In this document: positions 37,099 through 48,800 of the stretch, piece after piece
Layout of the letters: every line of letters begins with the position of its first letter
Numbering within the stretch: position 1 is the stretch's first letter
NCBI GenBank assembly: GCA_041484665.1
Contig: JBGPIA010000001.1
Coordinates: 640,001 to 704,000 of the forward strand
Direction of reading: 5' to 3'
Source: Candidatus Krumholzibacteriia bacterium
Lineage (GTDB): Bacteria > Krumholzibacteriota > Krumholzibacteriia > JAJRXK01
DNA: 64,000 nucleotides
Program-made: the position numbers and the translations under genes
Notes under the pieces: generated by a model
The model's input: only the letters and a program-made list of their open reading frames with translations
What the model was told of the DNA's origin: nothing
Databases searched by the model: none

Positions 37099-38528
37099 AG
37101 GGCACAGCTATGCCCGACGGAGCGAAGCGCCGAGCCCGCAGGGTGGCGCAACTGCTCCTCAGCATCGCCGTGGCGGTCTCGCTGGCGGCTGTCGGCACCG
37201 GGTGCGGGCGGAAGCAGCAACCGACGAACGGTCAGGCCTCTACGACCAAGCCGAAGCAGATCTACTACTGCCCCATGCACCCGACCTACACGAGCGACAA
37301 GCCGGGCGATTGCCCCATCTGCAACATGCACCTCGTCCTCATGGAGCAGACAACCCCCGCGGAGGCGGCGCCTTCCAGCAGCGGAGAGATGCCGGCTAAG
37401 GGAATGGCGTCCATGGAACACGAGGAACACACGCAGGCGCAGCCAGCGCAGCACGAGGGCCACGTCGACGCCCTGACGCCTGGCGGGGGGGCCTTGACCC
37501 CCGCATCGCCCGTGAAGGGGTACACGCCGGTGAGGATCTCATCCGAGAAGCAGCAGCTCATCGGCGTGAGGCTCGCCCCGGCCGAGGTCGGGCCGATGAC
37601 CAAGACGATCCGCGCCGTCGGCCGCGTCGACTACGACGAATCGCGCCTCCACCACATCCACACCAAGGTGGACGGCTGGATCGGCAAGCTCTACGTCTCG
37701 TACACGGGGCAGCGCGTCGACGAGGGCAACCCTCTCTTCAGCTTCTACAGCCCCGAAATCGTCGCCACCCAGGAGGAATATCTCCTGGCCCTGCAGGCCG
37801 CCGCCAAGGCCCCCGCCAGCGATCCGGCGCGTGACCTGGTCTCCTCCGTGGAGAGGCGGCTGCTGCTCTGGGATCTCCATGGCTCCCAGTTGCACGAGAT
37901 CGCGGACTCGGGCAAGGCCAAGACCTACGTCGACATCGCAGCCCACGCCACGGGCGTCGTGGTGGAGAAGCAGGCGCTCGAAGGCATGCGCGTGATGCCC
38001 GGGGAAGAGCTGTACACAATTGCGGACCTGTCGCGCATTTGGGTGAATGCCGCCGTCTACGAGTACGAGCTTCCGTATGTGAAGCTCGGCCAGCAAGCCG
38101 TCATCACGCTGCCCTATGACGCGAAGCAGAACTTCACGGGCCGCATCTCCTACGTGTACCCGTACCTCGACGAGAAGACGCGCACTGCGCAGGTGCGTCT
38201 CGAGTTCGACAACCCGCATCAACTGTTGAAGCCCGGCATGTTCGCGAATGTCGAGATCGAGATCGCCATGGGGCAGCAGGTAACCATTCCGTCGGACGCG
38301 ATCCTCGACTCGGGCGACCGGCAGCTGGTGTTCGTCGCCAAGGGTGACGGCCTGTTCGAGCCGCGCGAAGTGCACCTTGGCCAACGCTTCGCGGAGCGCG
38401 TGGCCGTCACGGACGGCGTCTCTCCAGGGGAAAGCGTCGTAGTCGGCGCTCAATTCCTCATCGATTCCGAGAGCCAGCTTCGCGCTGCATTAGCCGGGAT
38501 GGGGGCCGCCGGGGAGCACCGGCACTAG
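37095..38528 (+). CDS. cusB: RND periplasmic adaptor with heavy-metal-binding domain
   Basis: YYCPMHP..PGDCPICNMHL; GWIGKL, YSPEIVATQEEYL, LKPGMFANV, FLIDSES. Confidence 0.93.
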   Translation: MKGTAMPDGAKRRARRVAQLLLSIAVAVSLAAVGTGCGRKQQPTNGQASTTKPKQIYYCPMHPTYTSDKPGDCPICNMHLVLMEQTTPAEAAPSSSGEMPAKGMASMEHEEHTQAQPAQHEGHVDALTPGGGALTPASPVKGYTPVRISSEKQQLIGVRLAPAEVGPMTKTIRAVGRVDYDESRLHHIHTKVDGWIGKLYVSYTGQRVDEGNPLFSFYSPEIVATQEEYLLALQAAAKAPASDPARDLVSSVERRLLLWDLHGSQLHEIADSGKAKTYVDIAAHATGVVVEKQALEGMRVMPGEELYTIADLSRIWVNAAVYEYELPYVKLGQQAVITLPYDAKQNFTGRISYVYPYLDEKTRTAQVRLEFDNPHQLLKPGMFANVEIEIAMGQQVTIPSDAILDSGDRQLVFVAKGDGLFEPREVHLGQRFAERVAVTDGVSPGESVVVGAQFLIDSESQLRAALAGMGAAGEHRH

Positions 38529-38655
38529 TCATGGGCCGAGACAGCGGTCCGGATCGACGCAGCGCCCCGCGCCCGGTGGAGATCCGCGAACCCGATTGGC
38601 ACCGAACGAACCTGGCGGGAGCCGAGCCTCGCAGTGACGATGGGAGGAGACGGAC

Positions 38656-41600
38656 ATGATCGAGCGGATCATCGATTACTGTGCGAGGAACAAGTTCATC
38701 GTCTTCCTCTTCCTGTCCGTCGGCCTCGCCGTTGGATTCTGGTCGATGCAGAACATCGGGCTCGACGCCATTCCCGACCTGTCCGACACGCAAGTGATCG
38801 TCTACTCCAGGTGGGATCGCAGCCCGGACATCATCGAAGACCAGGTCACCTACCCCATCGTCACGTCGATGCTGGGAGCCCCGAGAGTGAAGGCGATCCG
38901 CGGGTTCTCGGACTTCGGCTTCTCGTACGTCTACATCATCTTCGAGGAAGGCACCGACATCTACTGGGCCCGCTCCCGAACGCTGGAGTATCTGTCCAAG
39001 ATCATCCCCCGTCTGCCCGAAGGTGTCCGCACCGAGTTGGGCCCCGACGCCACGGGCGTTGGATGGGTGTTCCAGTATGCGCTCATGGATACGACCGGCC
39101 AAAACTCACTAGCGGACCTCCGTTCCTATCAGGATTGGTATCTCCGCTACTACCTCCAGAGCGTGCCGGGCGTCGCCGAAGTCGCCGCTCTTGGGGGCTT
39201 CGTCCGGCAGTACCAGGTCAACGTTAATCCCAATGCCCTGCTGGCCTATGGCGTTTCCACCGGACAGGTGGTGGACGCCGTGCGAAAGGGCAACAACGAT
39301 GTCGGCGGCCGTCTGATCGAGTTCTCCGGCCGCGAGTACATGGTGCGCGGCCGCGGCTATATCAGGTCCAAGGAAGACATCGCCCAGATTGTGGTCGGGG
39401 TCAACGAGAAGACCGGTACGCCGGTACTGGTCAAGAATGTCGCCACGGTCGCGCTGGGCCCCGATCTGCGGCGGGGCGTTGGCGAGCACAACGGCAAGGG
39501 TGAAGCCGTGGGTGGGATCGTCGTCATGCGTCAGGGCGAGAACGCCCTCAAGGTGATCGACCGCGTGAAGGCCAAGCTCGAGGAGATCAAGCCATCGTTG
39601 CCGCCCGGCGTCACGGTCGTCACCACTTACGATCGTGCCATGCTCATCGAGCACTCGATCGACACTTTGAAGGAAACGCTGAAGGAAGAGCTGATCGTCG
39701 TCAGCCTGGTAATCCTTCTGTTTCTGTCACACATCCCCAGCGCCATCATCCCCATCTTCACCCTACCGGCGGCGGTGGTGCTGTCCTTCATCCCCATGAA
39801 GATCATGGGCGTATCCGCCAACATCATGTCGCTCGCCGGCATTGCAGTGGCGATCGGAGCCATGATCGACGCCGCAGTGGTGGTCGTTGAGCAGACCCAC
39901 AAGAAGCTGGAGCACTGGGAAGCGGGCGGGCGCAAGGAGGACTATCGGGAGGTGATCATCACTGCCGTCAAGGAGGTCGGACGGCCCTCGTTCTTCTCGC
40001 TCATGGTCATCGCTGTCTCCTTCCTGCCCATCTTCACCCTCGAGGCGCAGGAGGGGCGCCTCTTCAAGCCGCTGGCCTTCACCAAGAACTTCTCCATGGC
40101 CATCGCCGCCGTGCTGGCGATCACGCTCGATCCGGCCATGCGCTTGCTCTTCACCCATATGCGGGAGTTCTCCTTCCGTCCGCGGTGGCTCGCCAGGAGC
40201 GTGAATGCCATCCTGGTGGGCAAGATCCGAAGCGAGGACAAGCATCCCATCAGCCGACGGCTGTTCAAGGTCTACATGCCGGTTTGCCGGTTCGTGCTGC
40301 GCCACCCTTGGCAGGTGATTGGATCGTCGGTCCTGCTCTTCTCCACGACGTTCTTCGCCTACCATCGGCTCGGCTCGGAGTTCATGCCGCCGCTGAACGA
40401 GGGCGTCATCCTGTACATGCCCACCACCCTTCCCGGGATCTCGGTGACCGAGGCGACACGTCTACTCCAGACGCAAGACAAGATCCTCATGTCCTTCCCC
40501 GAGGTGGAGAGCGTCCACGGCAAGTCCGGCCGCGCCGAGACCTCGACGGACCCAGCCCCATTCTCCATGATGGAGACCGTCGTTACCCTCAAGCCCCAAG
40601 CCCAGTGGCGTCCGAAGCACCGCTGGTACTCGTCCTGGGCGCCCCAGTGGCTCGCTTCCGGGCTGCGCCGGGCTTGGCCCGACCGCATCTCGTGGGACGA
40701 GCTGATCTACGGCGAGCACGGGCTCGATCAAGCGCTGCGTTTTCCGGGAGTCACCAACGCCTGGACGATGCCGGTCAAGAACCGCATCGACATGTTGACC
40801 ACCGGCGTTCGCACTCCGGTCGGGATCAAGGTCTTCGGACAGGACCTGGGTGAAATCGAGAAGATCGGGCAGCACATCGAGGCCGTCCTGAAGGACATCC
40901 GAGGCACGCGGAGCGTATACGCCGAACGCGTAACGGGCGGGTACTTCATCGACTTCGACCTCAAGCGTGAAGAGCTTGCTCGCTACGGTCTGACCATCGA
41001 CGACGCCCAGATGACGATCATGTCCGCCGTCGGAGGGGAGAATGTCACGACCACCGTGGAAGGCAAGGAGCGCTACCCGGTCAACGTCCGCTACCTCGCC
41101 GACTTCCGGACCGACCCCGACCGGCTCTCGCGCGTGCTGATTTCGACCCCCACGGGCGCCCAGATCCCCATCGCACAGGTGGCCGATATCCGCTTGACCA
41201 CTGGCCCCGCCATGATCCGCAACGAGAACGGATTGTTGGCCGGCTATATTTACGTGGACGTTGCCGGTCGCGATCTCGGTGGGTGGGTCAATGAGGCGAA
41301 GTCGATCGTTCGGGACAAGATCAAGCTCCCCACCGGATACACCATCGGCTGGAGCGGTCAATACGAGTTCCTCGAGCGCGTGTTTCGGCGGCTCTCCCTG
41401 GTCGTGCCTCTGACCATCATCCTGGTCTTCGTCCTTATCTACTTCAACACGCGATCCCTGGCGAAGACGGCGATCGTCTTCCTGGCCGTGCCGTTCTCCG
41501 CGATCGGGGCGATCTGGCTGCTCTATGCCCTGGGCTACCACATGTCCATCGGCGTTTGGGTGGGGCTGATCGCGCTGCTGGGCGTCGATGCCGAGACCGG

Positions 41601-41955
41601 CATCTTCATGCTGCTCTATCTCGACCTGGCCTACGAGGATGCGCGCAAGAAGGGGCTCATGCGCGACGTGGCCGATCTCAACGAGGCGATCCTCCACGGG
41701 GCAGTCTTGCGGGTGCGGCCGAAGTTGATGACGGTGGCGTGCGCCTTTGTGGGACTGATGCCAATCATGTGGTCTACCGGGACCGGCGCCGACGTCATGA
41801 AGCGCATCGCCGCGCCGATGGTTGGCGGTCTCTTCACGTCGTTCCTGATGGAGTTGCTGGTCTATCCTGCCATCTACTTGCTGTGGAGGTGGCACTTCCA
41901 CGTAAAGAAGGTGGCCCGCGGGCCGGCGCTCGTGCTGGAAGGGCTGAATCCGTGA
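38656..41955 (+). CDS. cusA: CusA/SilA-type Cu(I)/Ag(I) RND efflux permease
   Basis: LDAIPDLSDTQVI, LGPDATGVGW, GAMIDA, Met triad segments LYMPTT / FSMMET / WTMPV, MKRIAAPMVGG. Confidence 0.96.
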   Translation: MIERIIDYCARNKFIVFLFLSVGLAVGFWSMQNIGLDAIPDLSDTQVIVYSRWDRSPDIIEDQVTYPIVTSMLGAPRVKAIRGFSDFGFSYVYIIFEEGTDIYWARSRTLEYLSKIIPRLPEGVRTELGPDATGVGWVFQYALMDTTGQNSLADLRSYQDWYLRYYLQSVPGVAEVAALGGFVRQYQVNVNPNALLAYGVSTGQVVDAVRKGNNDVGGRLIEFSGREYMVRGRGYIRSKEDIAQIVVGVNEKTGTPVLVKNVATVALGPDLRRGVGEHNGKGEAVGGIVVMRQGENALKVIDRVKAKLEEIKPSLPPGVTVVTTYDRAMLIEHSIDTLKETLKEELIVVSLVILLFLSHIPSAIIPIFTLPAAVVLSFIPMKIMGVSANIMSLAGIAVAIGAMIDAAVVVVEQTHKKLEHWEAGGRKEDYREVIITAVKEVGRPSFFSLMVIAVSFLPIFTLEAQEGRLFKPLAFTKNFSMAIAAVLAITLDPAMRLLFTHMREFSFRPRWLARSVNAILVGKIRSEDKHPISRRLFKVYMPVCRFVLRHPWQVIGSSVLLFSTTFFAYHRLGSEFMPPLNEGVILYMPTTLPGISVTEATRLLQTQDKILMSFPEVESVHGKSGRAETSTDPAPFSMMETVVTLKPQAQWRPKHRWYSSWAPQWLASGLRRAWPDRISWDELIYGEHGLDQALRFPGVTNAWTMPVKNRIDMLTTGVRTPVGIKVFGQDLGEIEKIGQHIEAVLKDIRGTRSVYAERVTGGYFIDFDLKREELARYGLTIDDAQMTIMSAVGGENVTTTVEGKERYPVNVRYLADFRTDPDRLSRVLISTPTGAQIPIAQVADIRLTTGPAMIRNENGLLAGYIYVDVAGRDLGGWVNEAKSIVRDKIKLPTGYTIGWSGQYEFLERVFRRLSLVVPLTIILVFVLIYFNTRSLAKTAIVFLAVPFSAIGAIWLLYALGYHMSIGVWVGLIALLGVDAETGIFMLLYLDLAYEDARKKGLMRDVADLNEAILHGAVLRVRPKLMTVACAFVGLMPIMWSTGTGADVMKRIAAPMVGGLFTSFLMELLVYPAIYLLWRWHFHVKKVARGPALVLEGLNP

Positions 41956-42007
41956 CACAGCCTGATCTTTCGATGTGCGGGTCTAACCTAGATACGGAGG
42001 CGATGCC

Positions 42008-42634
42008 ATGATCTCGAAGCTCATCAGATCCACCAGCGTGGTGCCAGCCATGCTGCTGGCCGTTGCGGTCGTCCAGCGGGGCGCGAATGCTGCGCCCCTT
42101 GCCTCCAACGAGGCGAGCGAGCACCACAGCCAAGCGGCGCAGACGGCAAGCCGCGACTGGCGTGTCGCGGTCGATCAGTTTGCGGTGATCGCAACAATCT
42201 TGGCTGCGGACCACATGGACGGCGTCGACGCACGCGCGAAGGGCATGGCGGAGGCTCTCCAGCCGGTTCCAGATCCGCAGGCGAAGGATGACGGCGCCGC
42301 TCAGCTCCGGGCGATCCACGCCGCGATCGGCTCGCTGGCCACGCCAGGCCTGACGATCGAGGCCGCTCGCGAACGGTTCAAGAAGCTCAGCGGCCTCTTC
42401 GTGTCCGTGGCGGAGAGCAAGTACGTCAAGACGGACAACAGGCCCGAGTACGCGGTGTTCTATTGCCCCATGGCCGAGGCCTCGTGGATCCAGGTCGGCG
42501 ATACCGCGGTGAATCCGTACCTGGGGGCGAAGATGCTGAAGTGCGGTACCAAGGAATCGGTCCTCGGCGGCTCGGGCGCGACGCCAGTCAGGAAAGCGCT
42601 CCACCGGCACGACCCCGGCCATACATGGCACTAG
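42008..42634 (+). CDS. DUF3347-type periplasmic protein (heavy-metal-associated)
   Basis: Signal peptide; ARERFKKLS, YCPMAEASWIQ, NPYLGAKMLKCG. Confidence 0.85.
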   Translation: MISKLIRSTSVVPAMLLAVAVVQRGANAAPLASNEASEHHSQAAQTASRDWRVAVDQFAVIATILAADHMDGVDARAKGMAEALQPVPDPQAKDDGAAQLRAIHAAIGSLATPGLTIEAARERFKKLSGLFVSVAESKYVKTDNRPEYAVFYCPMAEASWIQVGDTAVNPYLGAKMLKCGTKESVLGGSGATPVRKALHRHDPGHTWH

Positions 42635-42701
42635 CGCGATGTCGACGCCGCTGACGGCTCCGTCGTAGTGAGCAGCACGGTGATCACGTTTCGAGACTCG
42701 A

Positions 42702-42733
42702 CCCACGAGGCGGGACAAACTCCGCCTCGCGGG
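42702..42733 (+). terminator. GC-rich hairpin after the cus operon (no U-tract)
   Basis: cgaggcgg ... ccgcctcg stem with flanking ccc/ggg. Confidence 0.3.
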
Positions 42734-42918
42734 GCGTGCTCGGGGTGGGCGCAGCGCGTGGACGCGGCTAGCACCAGCCCTCGGGTTCGCGTAGGGTGTC
42801 GTCGCCGCGCTGAGATCGAGACCTGGAGCACAGGCATCCCAGTTCGTGCCCCACTTTGCGCCGGGGCGTTGTGGCCACCCACAGAGCGAATGCGCACGCC
42901 ATTTCGGCCGGAGGGTCA

Positions 42919-44337
42919 GTGAACGTTTTGCCGAGGAGCCTGGTCGCAGCGTGTGTGCTGTTGGCGGTCGCCGCGCTCATGACGCCGGTCTTGGCCGCCA
43001 GTGCCGCGATGCTCGCTGCGCGTCCACCGGCATTCCCGGAGGCGATGTCCTCGGGATGGACGGATTCCCTCGCGCCGACCGTTCCGAACCCGTTGACGTT
43101 GGATGCCGCGCTGCAATTCGCCCGCACGCAGCACCCTGATCTCGCCGTGCTCGCGGCAGCAGCCTCCGCGGTTCGCGCCGATTCGATCGCCGCCGGGATC
43201 AAGCCGTTCAACCCCGAGCTGGAACTGGGATTCGCGCGCGGGGGGGACTCCTTCACCAGCGGAACCGACGGCACTCTCGACTTCGCGTTACGCCAGGAAA
43301 TCGAGCTATGGGGTAAGCGGGCCCAGCGGCGTGCCGCGGCGGCCGCTCGGTTGCACACGACGCTGGCGGCGCTGGAGGCACGCCGTCAGCAGATCGAGTC
43401 GCATGCGCGGGCCAGCTTTCGGCGGGGACTCTTCCTGCAGGGACGCCTGGCCACCCTACGCGATCTCGCCGCTCTGGACCGCGAGGTCGTCACCTCGACG
43501 CGCGCGCGCGTGCGCGATGAGTCCGTGACACCCCTCACCGGTCGGCTGACCGAGCTCGACTGGCTGCGTGTCGAAGGCGAGCTCGTAAAGGCGGAAAGCA
43601 CTTACCGCCAGGCGCTGGTCGAGCTGGCGCTGGCGCTGGGCGGACATCTACCCGATGCGCTGGTGCTGCAGGGGGACTCCGCGATCGATACGCTGCGGGT
43701 GTCCGAGGATGCGTTGGTCAATGCCGCGCTCGCCCGCCGTCGCGAGACGGCAGCTCTGCGGCTGCGAGTCGCCGAGCGCCAGAGCGAGCTGCGCGTCACC
43801 CAGTTGGAATGGAAGCCCAACCTCACTGTGGGGGCCGGCCTCGCGTGGGAGCGCCAGTCCTTCGGCCGGTCGGACTTCAGCAGCGATCCAGCGATCGTAG
43901 GCGGTATTGCCCAGCTGAGCGCCCACGACCACCTGTGGCAAGCCCGAGTGATCATGCCGCTTCCGCTGTGGCAGAAGAACCAGGGCGCCCAGGCCCGCGC
44001 TGCCGCAGAGGTGCTGCAGGCGCGACGCGAGCTCGATCGCTTCGTCTTCCAAACTGGGATGGACGCGCGAGCAGCAGTGCGTCGATTCAACGATGCGGCG
44101 CATCTCTGCCGGCTGTACGAGACGTGGTCGGCCCCGCTGTGGCGCGACCTTGCCCTGGTGCGCGGTGCGTACGTCGACGGCCGCATCCCGCTCGAGTCCT
44201 ATCTCACGCAGCGGGGGCGACTGGTCGACACGCTCCTGGCACAGCTCGAGGCGCAAGAGGGCTACTGGGACGCTCGCGGCGAGCTGGAGGCGGTCGTGGG
44301 CGCGGATGTCACCCAATTGGCGGCGGGAGAGCGGTGA
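42919..44337 (+). CDS. TolC-family outer membrane factor (CzcC-like)
   Basis: LTLDAALQFA..HPDL, NPELEL, QEIELWGKR, PLPLWQKNQG; GGAGG RBS before GTG. Confidence 0.9.
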   Translation: MNVLPRSLVAACVLLAVAALMTPVLAASAAMLAARPPAFPEAMSSGWTDSLAPTVPNPLTLDAALQFARTQHPDLAVLAAAASAVRADSIAAGIKPFNPELELGFARGGDSFTSGTDGTLDFALRQEIELWGKRAQRRAAAAARLHTTLAALEARRQQIESHARASFRRGLFLQGRLATLRDLAALDREVVTSTRARVRDESVTPLTGRLTELDWLRVEGELVKAESTYRQALVELALALGGHLPDALVLQGDSAIDTLRVSEDALVNAALARRRETAALRLRVAERQSELRVTQLEWKPNLTVGAGLAWERQSFGRSDFSSDPAIVGGIAQLSAHDHLWQARVIMPLPLWQKNQGAQARAAAEVLQARRELDRFVFQTGMDARAAVRRFNDAAHLCRLYETWSAPLWRDLALVRGAYVDGRIPLESYLTQRGRLVDTLLAQLEAQEGYWDARGELEAVVGADVTQLAAGER

Positions 44338-45860
44338 TGAGCCATCGATTCGAGGGCCTGTGGGTCGCGCTTGGAGTGTTGCTGGCGGCCGGTGTGTGCT
44401 TTGCGCACGAAGGCGAGGGGCACGCGATACCAGCGCCCTCAGCACCGAGCGTCGCTACTCTGCACACCATGACCGCTGCCTCGGAGCAGTTCGAGCTGGT
44501 CGTCAAGCATCTCCCGCTGGCGCCCCGCAAACCCGCCACGCTCGACGTCTATCTGAGCGACTTCGACTCCAACGCTCCCGTGACTGGCGCCACGCTTCAG
44601 CTGAGTCTGCGCGCGCGCCGCGGCGGAAGCGAGCTGTGGAGCGGTGTCGCGGTGCCCAGCGACGCCGCAGGCATCTACCATGCCTCACTCGCTCCTGCAG
44701 ACACGGGGACGTTCAACCTGCTCGTCTCAGTGGCGGCAGGCGAGCGGCAGGACCAGTTCGCGCTCGCTGGCGTCGAGGTGAGGCTGGCGGGTGCGGCGCA
44801 ACCCGCGGGCTCGGCCGCCCCTGTGCGAAGGCCCTGGCAGATCGGCCTGTGGGCGCTGGCAGCGTTGGGTGCTCTCGCGCTGCTCCGGCTCCTACGCCGG
44901 CTCTTGCGCCGGCGCCGTCCGGCCGCGCCAACCGCGAGCGCTCTGCTGATTGCCGCGCTTATCGTAGCAGGCGGCACGCTGGGCTCTGCGCACGAGGGAC
45001 ACGACGAGGGTCCCGCGACGTCCGGCCAAAACCTTGCGCCGGGCGATGCGGTCTACCTGGCGAAGGAGTCGCAGTTCCTGCTGGGCATGCGGACCGTGCC
45101 CGCGGAGCTGCAGAGCGTGCAGAAGCACCTCCACGTGCTCGGGCGTGTCGAGCCGCGCAACGGCGGTCAGCTGGAGATCCTCGCCCCCCAGTCGGGGAGG
45201 CTCTACTTCCCTGCCGGCCGGACTCCCGTGCTCGGCGTGAGGGTGGCGCGCGATCAGATCGTGGCGGCGCTGGTCGTCGTGGACTCGCTGCGCCTGCGCT
45301 CCGCGCTGGACGGCGTCGTCATCGACGTGACCGCCGTCAACGGGCAACTCGTCGCCGCGGGGCAGCGCATCATGACGATCCTCGACCCCGCAGTCGTGTG
45401 GGTGCATGCGGACGTCTACGAGCGGGATCTCGCCAGCGTCGAACATTCCAGCGGCGCTCGCATCGCCTCGCCCGCCTACCCGGACCAGGTGCTCACGGGC
45501 CGCCGCGTTGCCTTGGGAGCCACACTGGGCGAGGTGCAAGGCACGGTTGAGGCTTACTTCGAAGTCGGCAATCCCGGCGGCCGGTTGCGCGTCGGAATGC
45601 TCGTAGACGTGGAGATCGAGCAGGGGGGCGTGGAGGCCGCGCTGATCGTCCCTCGATCCGCCCTGGTGGAGAAGGACGGGCGCAGCCTCGTCTTCGTCCA
45701 CACCGCCCCCGAGCGATTCGCTGCGCGCGAGGTATCGGAGGTGGCCAACCTCGGCGAGCGGATCGCGGTGAGGGGAAACCTGAGGGAGCGCGACCGCGTC
45801 GTGATCGCCGGCAGCTACCAGCTCCTCACCGCGCCGGTCGTTGCGGCGGCGCACCCCTGA
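44337..45860 (+). CDS. RND periplasmic adaptor (CzcB-like) with an extra N-terminal beta domain
   Basis: Signal + AHEGEGH; internal TM and second signal-like segment ending SAHEGHD; KESQFLLG; WVHADVYE, LRVGM, VPRSAL, VFVHTAPERF. Confidence 0.88.
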   Translation: MSHRFEGLWVALGVLLAAGVCFAHEGEGHAIPAPSAPSVATLHTMTAASEQFELVVKHLPLAPRKPATLDVYLSDFDSNAPVTGATLQLSLRARRGGSELWSGVAVPSDAAGIYHASLAPADTGTFNLLVSVAAGERQDQFALAGVEVRLAGAAQPAGSAAPVRRPWQIGLWALAALGALALLRLLRRLLRRRRPAAPTASALLIAALIVAGGTLGSAHEGHDEGPATSGQNLAPGDAVYLAKESQFLLGMRTVPAELQSVQKHLHVLGRVEPRNGGQLEILAPQSGRLYFPAGRTPVLGVRVARDQIVAALVVVDSLRLRSALDGVVIDVTAVNGQLVAAGQRIMTILDPAVVWVHADVYERDLASVEHSSGARIASPAYPDQVLTGRRVALGATLGEVQGTVEAYFEVGNPGGRLRVGMLVDVEIEQGGVEAALIVPRSALVEKDGRSLVFVHTAPERFAAREVSEVANLGERIAVRGNLRERDRVVIAGSYQLLTAPVVAAAHP

Positions 45861-45869
45861 GGCGCTCCC

Positions 45870-48800
45870 GTGTTCGATCGCATCATCCGCTTCTCGCTCC
45901 ACAATCGACTCTTCGTGGTCGCCGCCGCGCTGTTGCTACTGATCTATGGCGTGCGCGTGATCCTGATGCTTCCCGTAGACGTGTTCCCCGATCTCAACCG
46001 CCCGACGGTCAACATCCTCGTGGAAGCGCCCGGGCTCGCGCCCGAGGAGGTCGAGACGCTGGTCACCCTGCCCATCGAGACAACGCTCAACGGCGCTCCG
46101 GGCGTGCAGCGCGTGCGGTCCAGCTCCGGCATCGGCCTCTCGATCCTGTTCGTGGAGTTCGCCTGGGGCACCGACATCTATCGCGACCGTCAGCTTGTCA
46201 GCGAGCGGCTGCAGCTGGCGGCGGGGCGGCTGCCGGCGGGCGTCGTGCCGTCGATGGGCCCGGTGTCGTCCATCATGGGCGAGATCATGTTGCTGGCCAT
46301 GGAGAGTGCGGACGGCACGACACCCCCCATGGAGATGCGCACGCTCGCGGACTGGGTCGTGCGCCAACGCCTGCTCACGATCCCGGGCGTCTCGCAGGTC
46401 ATCCCCATCGGCGGCGGGGTCAAGCAGTATCAGGTCCTGACCGAGCCGCAGAAGCTGGCCGCCATGGGCCTGTCGCTCAAAGAGGTGGAGGACGCGGTCG
46501 CCGCGAGCAACCGCAACACCACCGGCGGATATCTGGAGGCCCAGTCGCAGGAGTACCTGGTGCGCAACGTAGGACGCGTGCGCGACTCCGAAGACCTACT
46601 GAACAGTGTCGTCGCCACCCGCAACGGGATCCCGATTCCCCTGCGCGAGGTCGCGAACGTGCAAACCGGCATCATGGTGAAGCGCGGCGACGGCAGCGTG
46701 GACGGCAAGCCGGCGGTGATCCTCTCGATCCAGAAGCAGCCCGGGGCCAGCACGATCGCGCTGACCCGCGAGATCGAGCAGGCGCTGCAAGAGCTGCGGC
46801 CCTCGCTGCCCGCGGACGTGAAACTGCGTCCCATCTTCAAACAGGCTAATTTCATCGAAGCCGCCATCGGCAATGTGGAGCAGGCACTGCGCGACGGCGC
46901 AATCCTGGTCGTGATCGTGCTCGTGCTTTTCCTGCTGAACTTCCGCACCACTGCCATCACGCTCACGGCCATTCCGCTGTCCTTCGTCAGCACGGCCGTG
47001 ATCATGCGGTTGTTCGGTATCTCGATCAATACGATGACGTTGGGCGGGCTGGCCGTGGCGATCGGCGAGCTGGTGGACGACGCCATTGTCGACGTGGAGA
47101 ACGTCTTCCGTCGGCTCAAACAGAATCGGCACTCGCCGCACCCGCGCCCCGCCTTGCAAGTGGTCTACCTCGCGTCGAAGGAGGTGCGTAACTCGATCGT
47201 CTACGCCACCACGCTGGTCGTGCTGGTCTTCCTGCCGCTGTTTGCCCTCGGCGGAATCGAGGGCAGGCTCTTCGCGCCGCTGGGCGTCGCGTACGTGGTC
47301 TCGATCCTCTCGTCCTTCGTCGTCTCCTTGACGGTCACCCCTGCGCTCTGCATGTACCTGCTGCCCCGGGCGAAGGTGATGGCGCGTGAAGCGGACTCCT
47401 TCGTCGTCCGGCACCTCAAGCGTTGGGACCAGCGTCTGCTGCACTGGACCCTGCCGCACCCCCAGTGGGTGATCGGCGCCGCGGCGCTGCTCGTGGCGGG
47501 TGCGATCACGCTGGTGCCGCTGATGGGCCGGGAGTTCTTGCCGCCCTTCAATGAGGGAACCGCCACCATCAACGTAATCGCCACGCCCGGCACGTCGCTG
47601 AGCGAGTCGAACCGACTGGGCACCATCGCCGAGCGGCTGCTGCTGAGCGTACCGGAGGTGATCTCGACCGGGCGCCGGACGGGGCGCGCCGAGCTGGATG
47701 AGCACGCAGAGGGGGTGCACTACACCGAGATCGACGTGGACTTCCGGAAGTCGGACCGCAGGCACGAGGACGTCCTGGCGGACGTCCGGGCCCGCCTGTC
47801 GCAGATCCCGGGCGTGGTGCTCAACATCGGGCAGCCCATCTCCCATCGCCTCGACCACCTGCTCTCGGGGGTCCGGGCGCAGATCGCGGTCAAGCTGTTC
47901 GGGCAGGACCTCAACGTGCTGCGGGCGAAGGCGTCCGAGATCCAGGACGTGATGCGCCAGGTTCCGGGCATCGTCGATCTGCAGATCGAGAAGCAGGTGC
48001 TGGTGCCCCAGGTGCGCATCCAGGCCGACCGGGTCGCGTGCGCCCGCTACGGCCTCACCGTGGGGAGCCTCACCGAAACGCTTGAAACTGCCTTGAACGG
48101 CCACGTGGTGTCGCAGGTGCTCGAGGGTCAGCGCGCGTTCGACCTGCTGGTGCGCTACGACGAGGCGTCGCGCTCGAACCTGGACGCGATCCGCGCCGCC
48201 TTGATCGACACCCCGTCCGGCGCGAAGATCCCACTGTCAGCTGTGGCCCAGGTGGAGAGTGCCCGCGGACCCAACGTCATCCAGCACGAGAACGTGCAGC
48301 GCCGCATCGTCGTCTCGGCCAACGTGAGCGGGCGTGATCTTGGGCGCGTGGTCCAGGAGATCCAGACTGGCGTCCGCGATCGGGTGAAGCTGCCGACCGG
48401 TTACTTCATCACCTACGGAGGCCAGTTCGAGAGCCAGCAGTCGGCCACCAGGCTCATCGCGATCCTGAGCCTCTTCTCTCTGGCGTCCATGTTCCTCGTG
48501 TTGTACTCCCACTTCCGGTCGGTGCCGATCACGCTGCAGGTGCTGCTGAACATCCCCCTGGCGTTGATCGGCAGCGTCGTCGCCGTGTTCCTCACCGGCG
48601 GGACCTTCTCCGTCGCTTCGCTGGTCGGGTTCATCACCCTCACGGGGATCGCCTCGCGGAACACCATCATGATGGTCTCGCACTACTTGCACTTGATGCA
48701 GGAGGAGGGTGAGGCGTTCGACATGCACATGGTGATCCGCGGCTCGCTTGAACGGCTCGTGCCGGTCCTGATGACGGCGCTCACGGCTGGGTTGGCGCTG

